Positions 17,426 to 26,115 of a stretch of 41,177 bases of DNA are shown one piece after another; within the stretch, counting starts at the first letter, position 1; each line of letters starts with the position of its first letter. Below the pieces are notes generated by a model. The model had not been told where the DNA came from. It was given only the letters and a program-made list of their open reading frames with translations, and made no database searches. Made by a program: the position numbers and the translations under genes. The DNA comes from a virus (taxonomy: Duplodnaviria; Heunggongvirae; Uroviricota; Caudoviricetes): positions 1-41,177 of IMG/VR virus record IMGVR_UViG_2534681997_000004. One strand, written 5' to 3'.

Positions 17426-17679
17426 ATAATCGCGTCATCGAATGCGCCTCCAGAGCGGGGCGAGACTTCTCTGAGTTCATGAAAGGCGAGAAGGGCATGA
17501 TGGAAGTGCTGGCCTCGGTTGATCAGTTTGGCGAGCAACTCCGTCTCAACGGCTGCGTCAATCATCACTTTGTCAGTTACATGATGAGGAACTCGATCAT
17601 GCAGGCATTTATGGACATGGCAAACGCTGAGAAGAAAGAAGAGCGTCGCCGTAAACGAGCGGAAGCAAAATCAAGGTAG
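17422..17679 (+). CDS. Hypothetical protein
   Basis: 85 aa, ATGA overlap with the KilA-N gene stop. Confidence 0.4.
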   Translation: MNNRVIECASRAGRDFSEFMKGEKGMMEVLASVDQFGEQLRLNGCVNHHFVSYMMRNSIMQAFMDMANAEKKEERRRKRAEAKSR

Positions 17680-17817
17680 CCATTACAAAGCTCATCGCCG
17701 GGTGGGCTTGATAATGGAAAAAATTAAAGCTTATATTGTGGTTGACATAATCCATTGTTTTGCAATGGTTATTTTGTTGTTGGTATAATTAACTCGTTCC
17801 ACAGATAGGGGGTTAAT

Positions 17818-18096
17818 ATGCTGACAATAATTCTGTTTGACGATGGGAAGCCTGGCTTGATTTGGCCTATCGAAGAAATTGGCAAAGTGGTAAAAGTCCC
17901 TGACTACCAGTTTAAGGCTCGAGAAATGCTCGGTGGTGTGGCGGTCATGCCTGATGTGGAGTATCAGGTCTATGAGTTCCAGATGGATGACGAGATTTAT
18001 CTTATTGGAGTAAATGGGGGCAGGCCAAGCGACGATGTAATTAAGTCTCACATCAAGCATGGCGACCCCAAGCCGGAACCATACAAAACACTGTAA
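17818..18096 (+). CDS. Hypothetical protein (AT-rich moron with own promoter and terminator)
   Basis: 92 aa with GGGGG RBS; extended -10 TGGTATAAT at 17782..17790 upstream; intrinsic terminator immediately downstream. Confidence 0.5.
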   Translation: MLTIILFDDGKPGLIWPIEEIGKVVKVPDYQFKAREMLGGVAVMPDVEYQVYEFQMDDEIYLIGVNGGRPSDDVIKSHIKHGDPKPEPYKTL

Positions 18097-18118
18097 CCGC
18101 CTCCGGGCGGTTTTTTAT
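18097..18118 (+). terminator. Intrinsic terminator
   Basis: CCGCC-tccg-GGCGG stem-loop followed by TTTTTT. Confidence 0.6.
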
Positions 18119-18172
18119 TGTCAACTTTATGAGCAAACTGATCTTAATTACTGTAACTAGGTGGTCAATGAT

Positions 18173-18811
18173 ATGGCAACGCTTAAGGACCTTTCCAGTC
18201 AGTTAAGACAGCTGCAGAAGCAAATACCGTTTGCGACTGCCCAGGCTATGACTAAAGTGGTTCGCCAGATAGAAGCGGCCCAAAAAACAGCATTTGAGCG
18301 GAATCTGGATAATCCAACACCTTTTACAGTTAAATCGGTTGGGTCAGTTGGTGCCAGGAAAAACAGCCTTCGTGCGAAGGTGTTTGTTCGTGATACTGCT
18401 GCTGGTTACCTTGAACCCTTCGAGTTCGGCGGAGAGCACAAGCTTAATGGTAGTGCTTTGCTTAACCCGAAAGACATAAAGCTTAATAAATACGGCAACC
18501 TGCCGCGTAATAAGCTCTCTCAGCTCAAAGCAAAGGAAAATGTATTCGTAGGTGAGGTGGATGGCGTTAACGCTGTCTGGCAGCGTAAGAAACCGATGAA
18601 AGCTAAGAAGCGACGGGCCAAGCGCTCCGCTAATGGGACGCGAAGACCGAAACGTAAACAGCGTTCTCCAAAGCTTTTGATCCGGTTTGGTGATGCGCTA
18701 CCTGTGACTCCAGTGCTGGGGTATATGGATAGGGCCCGTACCATGGCGAACGCACTGCTACCGTCTGCTTTAAATCAGGCGATAGCAGAAGCCATCAGGA
18801 CGGCAAAATAA
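18173..18811 (+). CDS. Hypothetical protein with Lys/Arg-rich segment
   Basis: 212 aa from ATG 18173 (AGGTGG RBS); basic stretch KKPMKAKKRRAKRSANGTRRPKRKQRSPK. Confidence 0.45.
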   Translation: MATLKDLSSQLRQLQKQIPFATAQAMTKVVRQIEAAQKTAFERNLDNPTPFTVKSVGSVGARKNSLRAKVFVRDTAAGYLEPFEFGGEHKLNGSALLNPKDIKLNKYGNLPRNKLSQLKAKENVFVGEVDGVNAVWQRKKPMKAKKRRAKRSANGTRRPKRKQRSPKLLIRFGDALPVTPVLGYMDRARTMANALLPSALNQAIAEAIRTAK

Positions 18812-18821
18812 AAGCAGTAAC

Positions 18822-19325
18822 TTATAAGTTAATTTCGCAAGCTTTTATGAAGCTGTTTACTGCAGTTGTCGATCCAGAAACATTGGCTGACATGGAATGC
18901 TGGTTTCCGCCATCCTTTGTTTGCACACCAACTAACACTTTGGATTTCGCCCCCTGAAGCTGCTTAAGCACTGTTTTTAGTTGGTCCGCGTCATCCGATT
19001 GAATCTGGAGGCTCTGAACATTACGTCTTGAAAGGGTAGCATCGAGCTTCACTGCGGTATTCCCGTCGACCTTCATTATCAGGTCCATTGGTACCTCTGA
19101 TAGTGATTCGGTGCTTTTATCCATTTCAACGTATGCCGCCGATAGCTTTTCTTTAGTGCAGTCAAACACAATGGCGCCATTGTCGGATGAAACCTCGCCA
19201 AGCATCATTGCTTTCTTACCACCAGAGAAAAGGTCATCTTCAGTATTAGTTACCCACTGGGCATGAGCAATTGGTGATGCCAGCACTGCGGCTACGAAAG
19301 TTATTTTGATTATATTGTTACCCAT
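18822..19325 (-). CDS. Secreted/periplasmic hypothetical protein (signal peptide), opposite-strand moron
   Basis: AAGGAG RBS 7 nt before ATG 19325; N-terminal signal MGNNIIKITFVAAVLASPIAHA-QW; AT-rich. Confidence 0.55.
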   Translation of the reverse strand: MGNNIIKITFVAAVLASPIAHAQWVTNTEDDLFSGGKKAMMLGEVSSDNGAIVFDCTKEKLSAAYVEMDKSTESLSEVPMDLIMKVDGNTAVKLDATLSRRNVQSLQIQSDDADQLKTVLKQLQGAKSKVLVGVQTKDGGNQHSMSANVSGSTTAVNSFIKACEINL

Positions 19326-19468
19326 TACATTCTCCTTGTATTGAATAGGAATAATCATAGTCGGAGCGAATGGTCGAAGCCATTAAAAAAATGGGTCCTT
19401 CCTGAGACTTTTGTAAGGTACGGGCATTGCGCGCCGCGGTGTTTTCCTAGCTACAACTTTCAGATTTG

Positions 19469-19618
19469 TGTCCCATGTCCCACCTCTGGCGATCATTACG
19501 GACACCTCGCCAGCTCTGGCTATTCCAGTTTATTCCAGTGGGACATTCTGGTGGGACATGGCAAAAATGTCCCAGGCGAATGTCCCACCCCAGAAAATGT
19601 CCCAGGTGATGTCCCATG
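19469..19618. repeat. Array of about 8 TGTCCCA repeats (6 direct, 2 inverted); candidate cosB-like terminase binding sites
   Basis: TGTCCCA at about 19469, 19476, 19569, 19581, 19599, 19611 and TGGGACA at about 19539 and 19551, ending at the Nu1-like start codon. Confidence 0.55.
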
Positions 19619-20185
19619 ACCACGATGAACCAGAGTCAGTACGCACAACATTCAGGTGTGGATCGCAAAACAATTGGTCGGTGGATTAAAGCCGGGCGCT
19701 TCATTGTGATGGACGGAGACCTGATTGACGTAGAGGCCAGCGATGCGGCATTGAAGAAAAACCGCGATGGCAAAGACCCGCGCGCCTCGAACGCGAAGAA
19801 AAAGAAAACTCCCGTCGTTAGCGATAACGATGATGACGGTGATGAAATCAATAAAACTGTCCGCCAGATAATGCTCACTGAAGGGGCAGATCTTTCGAGA
19901 GAGGAAGCGGGACGTATCCGCGAGAATTACATGGCCCTGCAGGCAAAGCTGCAGTATGAAAAAGACAGCGGCCAGCTTATTGAGCTGACAGCAGCCGAGG
20001 AGGTTTTATTCAACGCCTTTCGCCAACAGCGTGATGCCTGGCTTAACTGGCCGTCCAGGGTGGCGCCGCTAATGGCTGCTGATCTGGATGTACCGGCGGA
20101 CAGGATGACAGAGGTGCTGATTGAACATGTCCACAAACACATCTCAGTCCTCGGAGAGCCAGAGTTTAACCCGGCAGAAGATTGA
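19616..20185 (+). CDS. Terminase small subunit (Nu1-like)
   Basis: 189 aa; N-terminal HTH (QYAQHSGVDRKTIGRWIKAG); immediately upstream of and overlapping the large terminase gene. Confidence 0.6.
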   Translation: MTTMNQSQYAQHSGVDRKTIGRWIKAGRFIVMDGDLIDVEASDAALKKNRDGKDPRASNAKKKKTPVVSDNDDDGDEINKTVRQIMLTEGADLSREEAGRIRENYMALQAKLQYEKDSGQLIELTAAEEVLFNAFRQQRDAWLNWPSRVAPLMAADLDVPADRMTEVLIEHVHKHISVLGEPEFNPAED

Positions 20186-22250
20186 GCGTCTTGAATTAAG
20201 CGTCCGCAAAGGCTGGACACCCCCGCCGCGTATCAGTGTGCCGCAGTGGGCAGATGACTATCGTAAGCTGGCAAAAGAGGCTGGGAGCACTTCGGGAAAC
20301 TGGGAAACATCGACGGTAGAAATTGCCCGCGGACCGATGCTTGCCGCGACGGAGTCCGGGGTTCATATCATCACTGTAATGTGCTGTACCCAGTTGATGA
20401 AGACAGCACTGCTGGAAAACCTTTTTGGCTATTTTGCCCACCTCGATCCTTGTCCGATACTGCTGCTGCAGCCGAAAGAAGAAGCCGCTGAACAGTTTTC
20501 GAAAGAGCGTATTAGCCCGCTGGTAAGGGTGACGCCGGTACTGCGTAAAATCATCGGTGATTCGAAACAGAAAAGCTCGAAAGAAACCATTCTTTACAAG
20601 GCATTCACTGGCGGATTTCTGGCGCTGGCGGGTGCTGGTAGCCCTGATAACCTTGCGCGTCGTCCGATTCGTGTCCTGCTGGCGGATGAAGTGGACAAGT
20701 ACCCGATAACCCGCGAAGGCGATCCAATTGCGCTGGCCGAAGAGCGTACAGCGACATTTGGCCTGACCTGGCTGTCTGTACGCGCCTGTTCGCCGACGGT
20801 GGAGGATGAGAGCCGCATTGCTGACAGCTACGCCGACTCCGATCAGCGCCGGGCATCTGTGGTTTGCCCGCACTGTGGCCACCGCCAGTTCCCCGACTTT
20901 TTCAAACACGTTCAGTGGCCGAAAGAGGGAGATAAACACCTGACTAAATCGGCGATGCTCTATTGCGAATGCTGTGGTAGTGGCTGGTCCGAAGGACAGC
21001 GCCTCAGAGCTCTGCACACTATTCGATGGCATCAGACGCGCCCATTTGAGTGCTGCGGGGAGCGGCACTCACCGCTGATGGATTATGACCTTGCCTGGCG
21101 GGCGGCAGACGAGGGCAGCGTTGAAAAGGTCTGGCAATGGTCAGAGTCGGAACGGCATGCGGTCTATCGCGCAATCTGCCCCTCCTGTGGAAAGGAGGCA
21201 GTCGATAACCACCACGCGGGGTACCAGGCATCCAAGCTTTTCAGCCCCTGGCAAAAAGATAAGCCGTCGGATATTGCGAAAAAATATATCGATGCGAAGG
21301 GCGATCCGGATAAGGAACAGGCGTGGTGGAATACCCAGATGGGGCTTCCGCACCGACCTAATCATGGGAAACAGCTCCCTGTTGATGTTCTGCTGGCGCG
21401 CCGGGAAATATTTCCGGCCGTCGTTCCGGACGGGGTGGCATTGTTAACAGCTGGAGTTGATACCCAGGACGATCGCTTCGAAATTACGATCACCGGCTGG
21501 GGGAGAGATGAAGAATCGTGGTCGGTCGCGCATGACGTTATTTATGGTGACCTTGAGACGGAAGAACCCTGGAAGCGACTGGATGCATACCTGAAACAGA
21601 TCTGGCGACGTGGTGACGGGCGCGGCCTGAATATCATGGCAACGTGCATGGACTCCGGTGGCCACCATACGCAGAAGGTATACGAATTCGCCAAAGAGCG
21701 TCTTGGCCGTCGTGTCTGGGCAATTAAGGGGGAGTCTGCACAGGGAGGTAAACGCAATCCTGTCTGGCCGACCAAACGACCATCATCGAAAAGCAAAGCC
21801 AGTTTCCGCCCTGTCATTCTGGGGGTTAACTCAGCGAAAGACGTGATACGCGGTCGCCTGCATCTTGAGCCACCCAAACCTGGCGCCGCCGCTGCGGGTT
21901 ATATGCATTTTCCTGACGATCGCGATCTCGGGTACTTCAATCAGCTGCTGGCGGAGCGACTGGTTTACAAAGTCATTTCCGGGCAGCGGTACAGTATCTG
22001 GGAAGCAATACCAGGACGAGCTAACGAAGCGCTTGACTGCCTCGTTTACAGCTATGCCGCGCTGTGCGGTCTCAAACATATGGGGTTAAAACTCAACGTC
22101 CGGGCCGCCAACCTCGAAGCCGATCCGGATAAGTTCCTGCCAGCGCCAGTTGGACAGGAAGAAAAAATCAATTACGAGCTGCCGGGTGCGGTTATTGAAG
22201 AACCAGCGCCGGTCAAACGTAAGCGAATATCGCAACTCCTGCCGAAATAA
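20127..22250 (+). CDS. Terminase large subunit (lambda GpA family)
   Basis: About 707 aa; ATPase region (ITVMCCTQLMKTALLENL ... VLLADEVDKYP) and C-terminal nuclease region typical of GpA-type terminases; TTG at 20121 alternative start. Confidence 0.85.
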   Translation: MSTNTSQSSESQSLTRQKIERLELSVRKGWTPPPRISVPQWADDYRKLAKEAGSTSGNWETSTVEIARGPMLAATESGVHIITVMCCTQLMKTALLENLFGYFAHLDPCPILLLQPKEEAAEQFSKERISPLVRVTPVLRKIIGDSKQKSSKETILYKAFTGGFLALAGAGSPDNLARRPIRVLLADEVDKYPITREGDPIALAEERTATFGLTWLSVRACSPTVEDESRIADSYADSDQRRASVVCPHCGHRQFPDFFKHVQWPKEGDKHLTKSAMLYCECCGSGWSEGQRLRALHTIRWHQTRPFECCGERHSPLMDYDLAWRAADEGSVEKVWQWSESERHAVYRAICPSCGKEAVDNHHAGYQASKLFSPWQKDKPSDIAKKYIDAKGDPDKEQAWWNTQMGLPHRPNHGKQLPVDVLLARREIFPAVVPDGVALLTAGVDTQDDRFEITITGWGRDEESWSVAHDVIYGDLETEEPWKRLDAYLKQIWRRGDGRGLNIMATCMDSGGHHTQKVYEFAKERLGRRVWAIKGESAQGGKRNPVWPTKRPSSKSKASFRPVILGVNSAKDVIRGRLHLEPPKPGAAAAGYMHFPDDRDLGYFNQLLAERLVYKVISGQRYSIWEAIPGRANEALDCLVYSYAALCGLKHMGLKLNVRAANLEADPDKFLPAPVGQEEKINYELPGAVIEEPAPVKRKRISQLLPK

Positions 22251-22258
22251 GGAAAATC

Positions 22259-22522
22259 ATGTTCAACCGGAACACCAGCCTGCTTGCCGGCGCAATGACT
22301 GACGATCAGCTCAGGGATGCGCTTGCGAAAGCTCAGCAGGCGTACATTGATTTAGCAACCGGGAGCCACGGTGTTTCGTTTTCCTATACGCAGGGAGACG
22401 GGACGCGATCAGTGTCCTATCAGCAAAGCACCCTGGCTGATCTGCTGGCCCTGATTCAACTTCTGCAGGCGCAACTGGGGATTATCTCTCGTCCCCGGAA
22501 ACCAGCGAGGTTTAGATTCTGA
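22259..22522 (+). CDS. Head-tail joining protein (lambda gpW-like)
   Basis: 87-aa ORF between terminase and portal genes; size and position as lambda W. Confidence 0.55.
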   Translation: MFNRNTSLLAGAMTDDQLRDALAKAQQAYIDLATGSHGVSFSYTQGDGTRSVSYQQSTLADLLALIQLLQAQLGIISRPRKPARFRF

Positions 22523-24159
22523 TGAATAAAGTACAGATACTGGGCTCTGATGGGCAGCCGTTGCGACAGCAGCGTCCCTCTATGCTGGTGGGGGGGAGCC
22601 GCGTACCTTATGACGCAGCTGACTCTTTCAGCGATCAACTGGCGAACTGGCAACCCGCGCTGTGGTCCCCGGACAATGAAATTAACATTTACCGGGATCG
22701 CATCGTGTCCCGCGCACGCGATCTGGTCCGTAATGACGGCTGGGCAAACGGTGCGGTCACACGTCTGCTGGATAATGCGGTTGGTGCCAACTTCCGCCCC
22801 ATCATGAAACCCGATTACCGTGTTCTCAGAATGATCACCGGAAACAAGGCGTTTGATGCGTCCTGGGCGGAAGAGTACGGAAAAGCACTGGACGGGCACT
22901 GGCGGACCTGGAGTAACGATCCTGGCCGGTATTGTGATGTTGAACGAAAACTCACCGTGTCGCAGATGTTACGCCTGGGATTTCGTCACAAGCTTATTGA
23001 CGGGGATGCTCTGGCCATTCTCCAGTACAGAACTGACAGGCTTGGTCCCGGAAGAGGGCGTTACGCCACCACGGTACAGATTGTCGATCCTGACCGCCTC
23101 AGTAATCCTCAGCAGAATTTCGATATGCCAAATGTCCGTGGTGGCGTTGAAATTGATGCGGACGGTGCGCCGGTTGCTTACCACATCAGGGAGGCCCATA
23201 TCGGTGACTGGTGGAGCGGGGCTAAAACCATGACGTGGCAGCGTATCCCGCGTGAAACTGACTGGGGCCGCCCGCATGTGGTTCACGATTTTGATCATGA
23301 GCGTGGCGCGCAGCACCGTGGTAACGGCATCCTGACTCCGGTTATTCAGCGTCTGAAAATGCTGGTGAAGTATGACCAGAGTGAGCTTGAGGCAGCAATT
23401 CTTAATGCCATATTTGCCGCTTACATTGAGTCACCCTATGACCCTGCGATGGTTCAGTCTGCCCTGGGCGAGACCTATGACGAGTCGGAGTTAGGCACTT
23501 ATCAGGACGGGCGTGTTGAGTTCCATAACGATCGGCGTCTGACACTTCAGAATGGTGCCCGAATGCCCATTCTTTATCCTGGTGAGAAAATCACGACGGT
23601 TAACGCGGCGCGGCCCTACAGCAATTTTGAAGTCTTCGAATCTGCTGTTCTCCGTAATTTTTCTTCAGGAACAGGGTTGTCCCCACAGCAGGTCACCCAG
23701 GACTGGTCTGACGTTAACTACAGTTCTGCACGCTCCTCGTTGCTGGAGGCATGGAAAACACTGACTCGCCGCCGGGACGATTTTTCTACCGGCTTCGCTC
23801 AGCCCATTCTCACCGCCTTTGTTGAAGAAGTTCACGACAATGAGGATTTACCCCTGCCCGCAGGCGCACCTGATTTTGTTGACGCCAGAGCCGCGTATTC
23901 TCGCGCGCGCTGGATGGGGCCAGGGCGCGGCTGGGTGGATCCGGTTGCAGAGAAAAAAGGCGCCATTCTTGGTCTGGATGCCGGACTTTCCACCCTCGAG
24001 ATTGAGGTGGGTGAAAACGTCGGTGAAGACTGGGAAGAAGTGCTTGATCAGCGCCAGAGAGAAATTGAGTCATGTCTTAAACGCGGATTACCGCTTCCGA
24101 GCTGGGCACAGGCTGACCAGTTTGCGAGCCAGACCATTACCGATCCGGAGGAAAAGTGA
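22522..24159 (+). CDS. Portal protein (lambda gpB family)
   Basis: 545-aa ORF following the W-like gene; portal-like size, position and sequence character. Confidence 0.8.
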   Translation: MNKVQILGSDGQPLRQQRPSMLVGGSRVPYDAADSFSDQLANWQPALWSPDNEINIYRDRIVSRARDLVRNDGWANGAVTRLLDNAVGANFRPIMKPDYRVLRMITGNKAFDASWAEEYGKALDGHWRTWSNDPGRYCDVERKLTVSQMLRLGFRHKLIDGDALAILQYRTDRLGPGRGRYATTVQIVDPDRLSNPQQNFDMPNVRGGVEIDADGAPVAYHIREAHIGDWWSGAKTMTWQRIPRETDWGRPHVVHDFDHERGAQHRGNGILTPVIQRLKMLVKYDQSELEAAILNAIFAAYIESPYDPAMVQSALGETYDESELGTYQDGRVEFHNDRRLTLQNGARMPILYPGEKITTVNAARPYSNFEVFESAVLRNFSSGTGLSPQQVTQDWSDVNYSSARSSLLEAWKTLTRRRDDFSTGFAQPILTAFVEEVHDNEDLPLPAGAPDFVDARAAYSRARWMGPGRGWVDPVAEKKGAILGLDAGLSTLEIEVGENVGEDWEEVLDQRQREIESCLKRGLPLPSWAQADQFASQTITDPEEK

Positions 24160-25022
24160 ATCTACCCCATCTGGCCCAGCGATTATTTAACACCCCGCTG
24201 GCGCTGCACCCGAGTAAAGCCGAAGTCATCATGGCATCCGTAATGGACCGATTTGGTATCAGTAAAATCGAATCTTCTCTTGCCATGGAGGATGACTGGT
24301 ACGGATATGACGATAACCGGGGACGTGAATCCCGTAGTGATCCGGGTTATGACAATGTGCTGGGTGTCGCCGTCATCCCGATATGCGGAACGCTGGTGCA
24401 AAAACTGGGCAGTCTGCGTCCGTACAGTGGAATGACAGGGTATGACGGCATTCGTCAGGCGTTTCTTACTGCGATGGAAGATCCCGACATTTCGGGCATT
24501 TGCCTGGATATCGACTCACCCGGCGGCGAGGTCGCTGGATGCTTCGATCTGGTTGATGTCATTTACGGCTCCCGGGGGAAAAAGCCTATCCATGCCATTC
24601 TGACGGAAAGCGCTTATTCCGCTGCGTATGCCATTGCCAGTGCAGCGGACCGGATTTCTGTTCCGCGCACCGGCGGAGTGGGTTCTGTGGGTGTGATCAC
24701 CATGCACCTTGACTGGACGCAGCGGATTAAAGATGACGGTCTTAAAGTTACGATCATCACCTATGGATCCCGCAAGGCTGAAGGTTCGCCGCTGAGAGAG
24801 TTGTCAGATGAAGCTCTGGCCGCCATCCAGCAGGACATTAATACCATGGGCGAATTGTTTGTGAACACTGTTGCCAGAAACCGGGGGATTAGCGCAAAGG
24901 TTATAAAAAGTACCCAGGCCGCCTGTTTTATGGCTGCTGATGGCGTTGAAATTGGACTGGCTGATGAGGTGTGTCCTCCTGACGCTGCGTTCAAAAACTT
25001 ACTTGAAAAAACAGGAGCCTGA
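24156..25022 (+). CDS. Prohead protease, S49 (ClpP/SppA-like) family
   Basis: GICLDIDSPGGEVAGCFDL ... SAAYAIASAADRISVP resembles the S49 peptidase core. Confidence 0.8.
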   Translation: MNLPHLAQRLFNTPLALHPSKAEVIMASVMDRFGISKIESSLAMEDDWYGYDDNRGRESRSDPGYDNVLGVAVIPICGTLVQKLGSLRPYSGMTGYDGIRQAFLTAMEDPDISGICLDIDSPGGEVAGCFDLVDVIYGSRGKKPIHAILTESAYSAAYAIASAADRISVPRTGGVGSVGVITMHLDWTQRIKDDGLKVTIITYGSRKAEGSPLRELSDEALAAIQQDINTMGELFVNTVARNRGISAKVIKSTQAACFMAADGVEIGLADEVCPPDAAFKNLLEKTGA

Positions 25023-25023
25023 A

Positions 25024-25614
25024 ATGGCAAAGAAAAAGACGTTTAGTTTTGCTCACCTCATTGGTCTTGGCCCTTCCGCTTCTGAGGAAGAAGAGGATAA
25101 AAAAGCCAAAAAAGCGAAAGCCCGTCGCGCGGAAGAGGACGAGCGCGAAGATGATGCCGATGATGATGAGCGCGACGACGACGCGGAAGAAGACGAACGC
25201 GACGATGATGCTGAAGATGACGGCGATGATCCGGATGCGTCAGAAGATGATGATTCTGAAGACGACGGCGACGACGATCGCAAAGAGAGTAAGGCGGTAA
25301 AAAATGCACGCGCTGCTGAGCGTAAACGCTGCGCCCGTATTTTCGGCAGTAAGCATGCAGCTGCGAATCCTTCACTGGCCGCGTCACTGGCTTTCAATAC
25401 CGGGATGAGTTCTGCGGCAGCAATTAATGTCCTAGCCTCTTCGGCTCCGGCCGCAGCCGCATCTCAGCCATCCCGTAAACGCTCTCTCGATCAGCGTATG
25501 CAGGAAAGCCACCAGGTCCGGCTTAATCCGGATAGCGGACAGAAAGAGACCGGAAAGTCTGCGCTGGTAAGTAAAATGACCGGCCTCTACAACTCCACAA
25601 GAGGAGAGAAATAA
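25024..25614 (+). CDS. Acidic repeat-containing protein in the scaffold position
   Basis: AGGAG RBS; Asp/Glu-rich tandem repeats (EDEREDDADDDERDDDAEEDERDDDAEDDGDD); located between protease and decoration genes. Confidence 0.45.
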   Translation: MAKKKTFSFAHLIGLGPSASEEEEDKKAKKAKARRAEEDEREDDADDDERDDDAEEDERDDDAEDDGDDPDASEDDDSEDDGDDDRKESKAVKNARAAERKRCARIFGSKHAAANPSLAASLAFNTGMSSAAAINVLASSAPAAAASQPSRKRSLDQRMQESHQVRLNPDSGQKETGKSALVSKMTGLYNSTRGEK

Positions 25615-26018
25615 TGGATCAGTTTGGTCAGAATGCGTTTGCGCCTGGCATGAAGAGCGCGCTGTTTGTTCCGGATCAGCTTGTCGCTGGCACGCTCCAG
25701 CTGGTGACTGACACCGGGATCATTACGGGCGGTGCCTTTAAGCGTGGTACTGTCCTGGGCCTGGTGGCTGCCAGCGGGAAATACACGCAATGTGTGAAAA
25801 CGGCTGAAGATGGCAGTCAGTTACCCGTTGCTATTCTGGTTGATGATGTTGATGCATCGTCTTCCGATCAGAACGGCGGCCTGTATCTGATGGGGGAATT
25901 CAACCAGCACCGAATTATTTTTGATAACTCCTGGACGACCGCTGACCTGAAAAAAGCGCTCCGACCGCTGGCTATCTTCCTGAAAGACAGTGACCAGGCA
26001 CCTGTAACCACCTCCTGA
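25614..26018 (+). CDS. Head decoration protein (lambda gpD-like)
   Basis: 134 aa directly upstream of the major capsid gene; gpD-like size and position. Confidence 0.5.
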   Translation: MDQFGQNAFAPGMKSALFVPDQLVAGTLQLVTDTGIITGGAFKRGTVLGLVAASGKYTQCVKTAEDGSQLPVAILVDDVDASSSDQNGGLYLMGEFNQHRIIFDNSWTTADLKKALRPLAIFLKDSDQAPVTTS

Positions 26019-26115
26019 TTTCCCCCACGGCTCTCCTGACGAATGCTTTAACCGGCAGGGGCTGGCTCGTTTAAATTTTTTGCCAGCTGCGGCTGGCACT
26101 ATCAAGAGACTGAAT

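Noticed and set aside
17731-18060. Minus-strand 109-aa ORF overlapping the 17818..18096 moron
   Set aside because: The plus-strand ORF has the promoter, RBS and terminator; the minus-strand ORF is the AT-rich antisense reading.
19469-19618. Possible CRISPR array, because of the short direct repeats
   Set aside because: Repeat unit is only 7 bp with irregular 3 to 50 bp spacing and mixed orientation; there is no repeat-spacer periodicity and no cas genes.
19341-19689. Plus-strand ORFs 19341..19619 and 19468..19689 called over the TGTCCCA repeat region
   Set aside because: No ribosome-binding site, translation dominated by the DNA repeat, and the region is better explained as a protein-binding/cos site upstream of the small terminase gene.
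20196-21068. Minus-strand 290-aa ORF and other antisense ORFs within the large terminase gene
   Set aside because: Antisense to a strongly supported terminase ORF; Arg/Ala-rich translation typical of GC-rich shadow frames.
25049-25397. Alternative-frame and antisense ORFs across the acidic repeat block
   Set aside because: Produced by the tandem DNA repeats; only the frame starting at 25024 has an RBS and a coherent N- and C-terminus.
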